Of a stretch of DNA of 32,000 nucleotides, positions 25,325 to 32,000 are shown in pieces. The notes under the pieces were generated by a model that saw nothing but the letters and a program-made list of their open reading frames with translations, did not search any database and had not been told where the DNA came from. This stretch comes from Candidatus Arthromitus sp. SFB-rat-Yit. GTDB taxonomy: Bacteria > Bacillota > Clostridia > Clostridiales > Clostridiaceae. Position 1 is the first letter of the stretch. Each line of letters opens with the position of its first letter. The stretch spans positions 420,001 through 452,000 of the forward strand of contig NC_016012.1 of the NCBI RefSeq assembly GCF_000283555.1, written 5' to 3'. The position numbers and the translations under genes are program-made.

Positions 25325-25371
25325 AACTAATATGTAAGAAATTTATGGTAATGTGTGGAGGAGTGTTTGAC

Positions 25372-25983
25372 ATGAATAAAATAATTACTATAGGTCGTGA
25401 ATTTGGAAGCGGCGGAAGAGAGTTTGGTAAAAGACTTGCGGAGTATTTAGGCATTGCATATTATGATAAGGAGATAATAACAGAAATATCAAAAAAGACA
25501 CAGCTTGCAGAAGAATATATTCAGGCTATTGAAGATAAACCAATTTCCACATTTCCTATTACCATAGGAAATAGTTTTTATGCAATTTTTAATCCTATTT
25601 CAGAAAATGTAGAAGTAAGTGTTTATGCAGAACAAAATAATATTTTAGTTGATATGGCAAAAAGATCTAGTTGTGTTATTATAGGAAGATGTGCAGATTA
25701 TATACTTGAAGAATTTAATCCATTTAGAATATTTATTTATTCAGATATGAAAACAAAGATTAGTAGATGTATTGAGAGAGTTCCTGAAGGTGAAAATTTA
25801 AGTGAAAAGCAATTGAAAAATCAAATTATAAGTATAGATAAAAATAGAGCTAAGTATTATCAATTTATAACTGGAAATAAATGGGGAGATAGATTGAACT
25901 ATGATTTATGTGTAAACACTAGTTCTTTATCCATAAAATATGCGGCAGAGTATATTGGGAAAATGATTGAAAGTAAAATGTAA
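25372..25983 (+). CDS. Cytidylate kinase-like family protein (Cytidylate_kin2 type)
   Basis: N-terminus 'IITIGREFGSGGREFGKRLAEYLGIAYYDKEII' is the hallmark of this family. GGAGGAG RBS precedes ATG 25372; the ORF-track ATG 25345 is upstream of the RBS. Confidence 0.8.
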   Translation: MNKIITIGREFGSGGREFGKRLAEYLGIAYYDKEIITEISKKTQLAEEYIQAIEDKPISTFPITIGNSFYAIFNPISENVEVSVYAEQNNILVDMAKRSSCVIIGRCADYILEEFNPFRIFIYSDMKTKISRCIERVPEGENLSEKQLKNQIISIDKNRAKYYQFITGNKWGDRLNYDLCVNTSSLSIKYAAEYIGKMIESKM

Positions 25984-25986
25984 ATA

Positions 25987-26017
25987 AAAGGCTAGTGTAA
26001 TTTTGCACTAGTCTTTT
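25987..26017. terminator. Bidirectional terminator between convergent genes
   Basis: GGCTAGTG (25990-25997) pairs with CACTAGTC (26006-26013). AAAA precedes it and TTTTATTTT follows, so a T-run is present on both strands. Confidence 0.65.
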
Positions 26018-27380
26018 ATTTTATTTCGATATCATAAGTTTTTATAACATTATTCACTTCAATTGTTATTGTTCCCTTAGATGGAATGTTTATAGGATGA
26101 AATATATAATTTGAATCAAAGTAACCTACATTGCTTGAAAGTTTTAGATTTGGTAACATATATACGTCGATTGGATTGAAATTTTTGTCGTAGCACACAA
26201 AATTTAATTTTTTTGATTCGTTTGAATTTATTTTTGGGGAATCATGAAAATAGAAGTTTTCTATGTCAAAAGTATAGGGCATTTTGTTTGTAATCATAAT
26301 TGAATTTGATATTAAACGGTTTTCTCTTGGGAGATTTGTATATTTTAATGAATGTATCCCAGGTTCTCTAATCATCATTGATGTTGAGCCACCACCATCT
26401 AAGTTTATAGCTTTGTATGCTCCTCTTGATTTTAAAAAATGGGCAAGTTCTACTAACGACATTCCTTTAAAATCATTTTTTTTGTCAACTGTTAAGGCTA
26501 AAAGAGTATTTCTATTTGTGAGTGCTAAAGCTGTCCTGTGGTTTTTTGAAGTAGTCGATTCTTGTGACCACGTTCTTGAAAAATAATTTTGAGGTAATAT
26601 TTGGTTATCGTAGAGTATAAATTCGTGACCTGTTAGAAGATGTTTAATTTTTGGTGTTGAATAGTTACTTGATTTTCGTATTTCGAAATTTATTTCTACA
26701 TCCATATCGATAAAGGCATTATTAAATAGTGCCTTTTTTTTGTCGTATGAAATTACTATAATTTCATCATTTTTAATTTTATAGATGTTTGGAGGATCGT
26801 TTATTATTTCTTTGATTTTTCCTGATATTAAATTTTTATTGTAAAAGGAAGTGTTTTTATTGTTTGGTATTATGGATATAATAAGTGCATCTTCCTTATT
26901 GTTTGGTAGAAATATTGTCGATGCTTCATTATCTTTGCAGTTGAATATGTTTACAGTATCTTCTAAATAGTCACTTCTGTTAATTGAATCTATGTTTATT
27001 TGTGTTTTATAGGAGTTTGAATCTATTAAATTTATGTATCCTGTGAAATGATAGTTGTCTATATCAATACGATTATTTTCAAATATTGTAAAGCATGGTC
27101 TCATTATTTCTTCATCTTTTGTTAATGAGGTTGAAAAAATTTCACCATTTATTAAATTGCTACATACGGGAATACCACTTGACATATTAAAGAAATCACC
27201 ATTGATTGCACCGATTATATTATTTCCATTTTTTTGTTCTTGATTAACTTGATCATTTAATGTGGATTTTCCATTTGTTATGTTTTGAGATTTATGACAC
27301 ATGAGTGAGTATGTTTGGTTTATTAGGTTTAAATCCATTTCAATATAATTAATATTTTGGTGATTAAATTGTTTTCCCAT
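26016..27380 (-). CDS. Phosphodiester glycosidase family protein (NAGPA domain / DUF2233-like), N-terminus unresolved
   Basis: 'HRTALALTNRNTLLALTVDKKNDFKGMSLVELAHFLKSRGAYKAINLDGGGSTSMM' is the NAGPA-domain signature. The frame stays open 159 nt upstream of ATG 27380 and encodes a signal-peptide-like segment (see findings). The real 5' end is probably 27539-27546. Confidence 0.8.
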   Translation of the reverse strand: MGKQFNHQNINYIEMDLNLINQTYSLMCHKSQNITNGKSTLNDQVNQEQKNGNNIIGAINGDFFNMSSGIPVCSNLINGEIFSTSLTKDEEIMRPCFTIFENNRIDIDNYHFTGYINLIDSNSYKTQINIDSINRSDYLEDTVNIFNCKDNEASTIFLPNNKEDALIISIIPNNKNTSFYNKNLISGKIKEIINDPPNIYKIKNDEIIVISYDKKKALFNNAFIDMDVEINFEIRKSSNYSTPKIKHLLTGHEFILYDNQILPQNYFSRTWSQESTTSKNHRTALALTNRNTLLALTVDKKNDFKGMSLVELAHFLKSRGAYKAINLDGGGSTSMMIREPGIHSLKYTNLPRENRLISNSIMITNKMPYTFDIENFYFHDSPKINSNESKKLNFVCYDKNFNPIDVYMLPNLKLSSNVGYFDSNYIFHPINIPSKGTITIEVNNVIKTYDIEIK

Positions 27381-27630
27381 AAAGTTATAGATTATTTCAT
27401 TTTTATGAGTTACTCCAATTGCTAAAGGAGTAGATGATATAATTTGTGCATGTTCATTAAATGATTTTGAGAAACATAGATGATTTTTAAATAAGGTAAA
27501 AATTACAAATACAAATAAGATTTTAACAAAACTTCTTATATCTCATCACCTCAAATTATTTACTTAATAATAGCTTAGTATTTCTTAATTATTTAAAAAA
27601 ATACTTGATATTTTAAAGGGGGAATTATTT

Positions 27631-28194
27631 ATGAGGATTATGATTGTAGATGATGAAAGAAAATTGGTTAATATACTCAAGACTTATTTTGAAAAAGAGG
27701 GATTTGATGTAATTTATTCATTTAACGGTGAGGATGCTATAGATAAATTTTATTCAAATAAAATAGATTTGGTTATTTTGGATTGGATGATTCCTGGGTT
27801 AAGTGGAAATGAAGTATGTAGGTACATAGATGAATATATTAAGAAACCTTTTGATATTAGATTTTTAATTATGAGAGTAAATAAATTGCTAAATTTTGAT
27901 AAGGATATTAGCTTTAAAGATATTAGGATTAATATAAGAGATAAAGTGGTGTATAAAAATGATAAAAATTTAAATTTAACTAAGTTGGAGTTTGATCTAT
28001 TAAGTTATTTTATAAGAAATAAGGGAGTTATATTATCAAGGGATAGGATAATTAATTAAGTTTGGGGATATGACTATGAGGGAGATTATAGGACAGTAGA
28101 TACACATATTAGAAGACTTAGAAGCAAAATAGGGGAAAATAGCATAAAAACACATAGGGGAATGGGATATACTTTGGAGGTTGATGTAGATTAA
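27631..28194 (+). pseudogene. OmpR-family response regulator, inactivated (in-frame TAA plus internal receiver-domain deletion)
   Basis: The receiver start 'MRIMIVDDE...DLVILDWMIPGLSG' jumps from 'EVCRYI' straight to 'DEYIKKPF', so beta4-alpha4 is missing. The wHTH part 'LTKLEFDLLSYF...ILSRDRIIN' hits TAA at 28057-28059. It then continues in the same frame as '[37 protein letters not shown]' to TAA 28192-28194. Confidence 0.8.
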
Positions 28195-29146
28195 GATTAA
28201 GAATAGAGTTTTTATAGGCAATTTATTTTTTATGGACAAGTTTTATATATTGGAAAAAAGAAAATTATTAGATGAGGTTTATAAGATTATATCTTCAAAA
28301 GATATAAATACCGTTTTAGGTACAATTAGTGATATAGAGAAAGAAACATCTACAGTTATTGTTTATACGGAGAATATAGAGGATATTGATATTTTAAATG
28401 AGTATATTTTTACATCATTTTTTAAAAAAGATATAAAACTAAATAAATTTTGGATTACAGAGGATGCAATAAATAAATTAAATATAACGAGTGTAAATAA
28501 TATATACAATCAAGAAATTGTTAAGTATAAATTTTATACTAAAATGTTTAAAAAAGATGATTACATATTTGTTGTTGGAACAACTTTATCAGATGTAAAT
28601 GAAATAATTGAGATAATAAATAAATTTATAGTATTAATAAGTTTATTTTCTATCTTTATTAATTGGATACTTGTGAATGTAAATATAGGTATAATTACAA
28701 AACATATTAAAAATATAAAATATCTGTTAAGGGATATTGAGTCCTTAAATTTTAGGACGGAAGGTATAAAAATGTGTGACGAGATGGGGGATTTATCTAG
28801 AAGTATAAATCAAATGAGTGATAGTTTAAGGAAAGCTCATGGGGAAATAAATTCTCAAAATCTTAAATTAAAGGAATTGCTGTGTAATGTTGCTCATGAG
28901 ATAAAGACCCCCTTGTCTATTATAAAAGTATATGCCCAAGGAATATGGATTTGATGATGGAACTTATTCAGATATTATACACGGTGAAATTGATAAAGTT
29001 GATGGATTGATTGAGAATTTAATATTTTGATTAATACGGATCACTTAAATATTGTTTTAGAGAATTTATTAACTAATGCTATAAAGTATACCGCTAATAA
29101 AAAAATAAGTATTGATTTATTAATATTAGATAGATATGTAATTTAA
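28184..29146 (+). pseudogene. Sensor histidine kinase remnant (nonsense at codon 2, frameshift, deletions, ATPase domain truncated)
   Basis: GGAGG then ATG 28184 is followed directly by TAG, then in frame '[14 protein letters not shown]' with no full TM1. HAMP-like segment and H-box 'VAHEIKTPLSIIKVYAQGI' follow. A frameshift near 28935 leads into 'EYGFDDGTYSDIIHGEIDKVDGLIENLIF', then further stops. The N-box 'LNIVLENLLTNAIKYT' at ~29042-29092 ends at TAA 29144-29146 without G1/G2 boxes. Confidence 0.7.
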
Positions 29147-29194
29147 CATTCGCGTAACATTACCTCGATATTATTATTTTTGAGGTGAAGTTAA

Positions 29195-30697
29195 TTGAAA
29201 AGATTATGTTTAATATTAATTATTATTTTTGGTATGATGTCATGTAATAATCTAAATATAAATAAGGAGATTTCTGGTAATGAAGAAATTTTAAGCATGC
29301 AGAAAGATCATTTTAAATCGGATTTTGATATTGAAGTAAATCCAGAAACTTTTGCTTTAATGGTTAATGTAAACGGGGTTAGTGAGTATGTATCAAATCA
29401 ACTAACTTCAAGAAAAGTTTCAAACTTTAAGGAAGAAAATGGTAAGATATTATGGAGTTATGAAGAAGAAGGAATTAATATTTTAGTTGAAAATAAGGAA
29501 GAGTATATAAATGTATCAATTGAAGGTTAAGACAATAATTTTATTTGGCCAAGTATTTCGGGTGATGAGTATATTTTGACTATTGGACAAGGTAAAAAGA
29601 TACCGTCAGATGATGAAACATGGAAGAAATATTTTAATCAAATTGAATCTATAAATATACTTAGTAATGTTTTATTATTAAAAAACTTTTATAATCCTGA
29701 TATATTTACAGATAAAATTAGTTTTTAAAGTGATTTAGAAAAAGGAATAGAAAATCTTAATGGAATCGAACTTGTAGAGTTTAATAAAAAAGTTTTAAAG
29801 TCAAAACTTAAAGATATGGTTGATCCTGTAGAAGATTGGGCAGATTCGGTTACAGTAGATATTATAGAGGATATGAAAAATTCAGGAATATCAAATCTTT
29901 TAATAAATTTTGATGACTGGAGAACCGGTTTTGCTAAATCAGAATTTGTAGAAAATGCTAATGAATATGGATACTTAATTGGAACATATGATTCATATCA
30001 CTCAATACATAAAAGCGGTGAAGAGCAATGGTTAACTGCTACATTTGAAGATACAACATTATTTGATGAAGCAACTGTTACAAACAAAAAAGGCGAGAAA
30101 ATAGAAGGGTTTAATGGAGTAGGCAGAAAATTAAATCCAAAACTTGCAATGCCTAGTGTGAGAAGTAGAGTTGAGGAAATTTTGGATACAGGTATAGAAT
30201 TTAATACGTGGTTCTTAGATACAGATGGCACTGGAGAAGTGTTTGATGATTACTCTGAAAATCATATAACGACTGAGGAAGAAGATATAAATGCAAGAAT
30301 TGAGAGAGTTAAGTATTTGAATAATGAAAAGGATATGATTGTTGGAACTGAGGGTGGAAATGATTTTATAAATAAATATGTTGCATATGCTCATGGGATA
30401 GATATGGGTCCTTTTAAATGGATGGATAAAGATTTAAAAGATAAAAATAGTGAATATTATCTTGGTTAATACTATTCACTAACAGGTGGAGTTGATAACC
30501 TTATGTCATATAGATGAAGGAGAATGGGAAAAAATAGAAATTTAATTATAAATCATTATAATGTGTGGGGTGATTTTTCTAAGAAAGTTATAAATAAAGG
30601 GATGATATATTTTGAGAATTTAGTAACTGATGGTTCTGTTAAGATGACTTAATATGGTGATGATGGAGAATTGATACATTATACACCTCGAAGATAA
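29195..30697 (+). pseudogene. Lipoprotein gene (possibly glycoside-hydrolase-like) broken by five in-frame stop codons
   Basis: TTG 29195 with a GAGGTGAAG RBS; lipobox 'FGMMSC'. One reading frame runs 29195-30697. It is interrupted only by TAA 29528, TAA 29726, TAA 30467, TGA 30515 and TAA 30650, with coherent protein-like sequence across every stop (e.g. 'VSIEG*DNNFIWPSISGDEY', 'EYYLG*YYSLTGGVDN'). The hydrolase guess rests only on 'WFLDTDGTGE..VGTEGGNDF' and is weak. Confidence 0.65.
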
Positions 30698-30706
30698 GTT
30701 TTTAGG

Positions 30707-30735
30707 TTGTAATTTAATTTGGTTTTTATTACAAT
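30707..30735 (+). promoter_or_regulatory. Candidate sigma-A promoter of the 227-aa orphan gene
   Basis: TTGTAA (30707-30712), 17-nt spacer, TACAAT (30730-30735). RBS GAAGGAGAA precedes ATG 30784. Confidence 0.5.
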
Positions 30736-30783
30736 GAAACTATTAAAAATTATTCTAAAAATGTATTTTAGAAGGAGAAATGT

Positions 30784-31467
30784 ATGAGTAATCAAGCCGT
30801 TATAAGAATAAAGAATTTTCAAGCTGATTATGATTTTAGAATTTGTAATTTGAGTGTGAGTATTTATTGTATTGGTAAGGGAAATTTAGTTTTGGATGTG
30901 ACAAATAAACAAACTAAGGAATTAGTCCTTGAAAATGTAGAAGTTAGTGATGGTACTCAGTCAATTCAATGTGATTTGGATAATGGAATATATAATTTTA
31001 AGATATATGAAGTTTTTAATAAAAAAGATAGTTCTAGCAGATACTTGTTATATGAAGCAAATTTTACATACAGTAATCCGTATGATGCTAAAGATGGAGA
31101 AATAATTATTAAAAATATTAAATATAAGGGTGATGAATACGCACTTAGATATTATTACAAAATTACAGATATAATTCCTAGTGAAGAAAATGAGAATGTA
31201 TTTTATGCTAAGATGGTTGGGTATGATAAGTTTGATATATTAAAAAGTATAAATGATCCATATGAAATTAAGATTACTTATTTAGATGAAAAGCAAAAGG
31301 AAATTTTTATAGAGTTTGAAGAAGATGGGGAGTATATGTACTTTTTATTTCACAGAGATAAGAGAATGCTTATTAAAGAAGAGGATAAAAATGACCAAAT
31401 AAATTATGACAGATATTTTGAGTTAACGGACGATGAAAGTAGTTATTTAACTACAAATTATAGATAG
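30784..31467 (+). CDS. Hypothetical cytoplasmic protein, no family recognised
   Basis: 227-aa ORF with a strong RBS, its own promoter candidate and a strong terminator. No signal peptide or TM segment. The composition looks beta-rich and Tyr/Asp/Glu/Lys-rich. Confidence 0.7.
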   Translation: MSNQAVIRIKNFQADYDFRICNLSVSIYCIGKGNLVLDVTNKQTKELVLENVEVSDGTQSIQCDLDNGIYNFKIYEVFNKKDSSSRYLLYEANFTYSNPYDAKDGEIIIKNIKYKGDEYALRYYYKITDIIPSEENENVFYAKMVGYDKFDILKSINDPYEIKITYLDEKQKEIFIEFEEDGEYMYFLFHRDKRMLIKEEDKNDQINYDRYFELTDDESSYLTTNYR

Positions 31468-31503
31468 AGGTATCACTTTTGGGTGATACCTCTTTTATTT
31501 TTA
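31466..31503. terminator. Bidirectional intrinsic terminator
   Basis: AGAGGTATCAC (31466-31476), loop TTTTGG, GTGATACCTCT (31483-31493), followed by TTTATTTTT. It lies between convergent genes. Confidence 0.8.
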
Positions 31504-31522
31504 ATATTTTTTGTATGTGTTT

Positions 31523-32000
31523 TTACAAATTAATGAATCTTGGGAATAATATTACATTTTCGATTTGTGAATGAGTTATAACATCATTTTTAAATTCACT
31601 TAATTCTAAGTAAAATTTAGTTATGCTACCACAAGCGTTTTTTGGAGCTACAAAGTTATTTGTTATATCAGATATTTTTTTAAGAGATGGACCTATTACA
31701 TAATGTTCATCAACAGCTTCTCTTATAAATTTTTCCATTGATTTGTATTCTGGGCTATCTTTTGTAAACTTTCCTTCTTGAAATTCTTTTATAGGATCAA
31801 AAATTAATCTTTCTTCTAATATCAAATGACCTTCAAATACTTCTCTTATTTTTGAAAAAATTGAGTGTATTTCCCAAAATAAATCTTTATATTCATGGAT
31901 GTGATGATCCATAATTTTTAACAGACTTTTATTTAAATTTGGAATTGTCTGTCTAATATTTGAATGATAGTTATTTATTATAAAAGATATAATATCTTCT
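31523..32000 (-). CDS. Iron-sulfur cluster repair di-iron protein (RIC/ScdA/YtfE family, hemerythrin-like), 5'-partial at window edge
   Basis: The two hemerythrin-like halves end in 'GHLILEERLIFDPI' and 'THSQIENVILFPR', and 'PKNACGS' is present. The frame remains open upstream of ATG 31912 to nt 32000 ('EDIISFIINNYHSNIRQTIPNLNKSLLKI'), so the gene starts beyond the window. Confidence 0.75.
   Translation of the reverse strand, partial: EDIISFIINNYHSNIRQTIPNLNKSLLKIMDHHIHEYKDLFWEIHSIFSKIREVFEGHLILEERLIFDPIKEFQEGKFTKDSPEYKSMEKFIREAVDEHYVIGPSLKKISDITNNFVAPKNACGSITKFYLELSEFKNDVITHSQIENVILFPRFINL

Noticed and set aside
368-25371. Upstream alternative starts given by the ORF track: TTG 368, GTG 1389, GTG 3311, GTG 7203, TTG 12650, GTG 15054 and ATG 25345.
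   Set aside because: In each case a downstream ATG has a properly spaced GGAGG-like RBS. The upstream start lies on the RBS, inside a terminator hairpin (7203, 12650) or overlaps the previous gene. Starts were moved to 386, 1401, 3320, 7233, 12722, 15090 and 25372. Confidence in these choices is moderate, not absolute.
1703-30231. Short antisense or overlapping ORFs from the ORF track. Minus strand: 1703-1912, 4238-4423, 7695-7916, 8660-8842, 12702-12923, 12760-12951, 15358-15555, 15501-15707, 16457-16726, 17759-18076, 23081-23263, 24826-25065, 28036-28239 and 29998-30231. Plus strand: 9253-9465, 26284-26586 and 27055-27243.
   Set aside because: Each lies entirely inside, and antisense to, a longer CDS or pseudogene with clear family motifs. 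They have low-complexity Ile/Leu/Phe/Ser/Asn-rich translations typical of the reverse frame of AT-rich genes. None has a convincing RBS.
28057-30652. Stop-codon reassignment or read-through as the explanation for the in-frame TAA/TGA/TAG codons
   Set aside because: TAA, TAG and TGA all appear to terminate intact, well-delimited genes elsewhere in the window, for example the pilin, oppF, essC and the helicase-like gene. The affected genes also carry deletions or frameshifts. Ordinary pseudogenisation is the simpler reading. It is left as a low-probability alternative in the finding.
15000-31500. Genomic island, prophage or integrative element boundaries around the atypical block and the decayed region
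   Set aside because: No integrase, recombinase, transposase, phage structural gene, tRNA target or flanking direct or inverted repeats were seen. The base composition does not visibly shift.
1-32000. CRISPR arrays, tRNA or rRNA genes
   Set aside because: There are no regularly spaced repeats of 24-40 nt, no GC-rich cloverleaf-like segments and no rRNA-like conserved stretches in any intergenic region. All intergenic gaps are short and AT-rich.

Overview
Strongly AT-rich window with low-GC Firmicutes (Clostridia-like) gene content and signals: GGAGG-type RBSs, TTGAAA-17-TATAAT promoters, hairpin+T-run terminators. I cannot name the organism. All family assignments are by-eye motif recognition, not searches. 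Layout: (i) 1-1084, tail of a type IV pilin/ComG-like cluster: a 5'-truncated pilin with a textbook G|FSIIE prepilin motif and a minimal A24 prepilin peptidase. (ii) 1121-8984, a complete Opp/Dpp-type peptide ABC importer ordered BCDF plus two tandem lipoprotein binding-protein paralogs. It is preceded by a consensus promoter, a ~245-nt leader and a terminator-like hairpin. (iii) 9012-11014 (minus strand), thyA-folA followed by an orphan SpoVFB-like flavoprotein. (iv) 11186-14954, a rhamnulokinase-like FGGY protein and an aldo/keto-reductase-like protein that both appear to have lost catalytic signatures, then an AI-2E transporter. (v) 15090-25285, the most unusual block. It starts with a ~1306-aa DUF4011/SF1-helicase-like protein with a C-terminal Vsr/DUF559-like fold, in which every ATPase motif is degenerate. 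Next is a self-contained essC-esaB(yukD) bicistron with its own promoter, operator-like repeats and terminators on both sides; no EssB/EsaA/EssA and no WXG100/LXG gene occurs anywhere in the window. Last is a Sec-signal beta-propeller (RCC1-like) protein with a DUF4214-like tail. (vi) 25372-27546, a cytidylate-kinase-like protein and a phosphodiester-glycosidase (NAGPA-domain) gene whose signal peptide has no in-frame canonical start. (vii) 27631-30697, a gene graveyard: an OmpR-type response regulator, its histidine kinase and a lipoprotein gene. They are inactivated largely by in-frame nonsense codons, five of them in the lipoprotein gene with no frameshift. (viii) An orphan 227-aa protein and a 5'-truncated RIC/ScdA di-iron protein at the right edge. 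No rRNA, tRNA, CRISPR array, transposase or integrase was seen.
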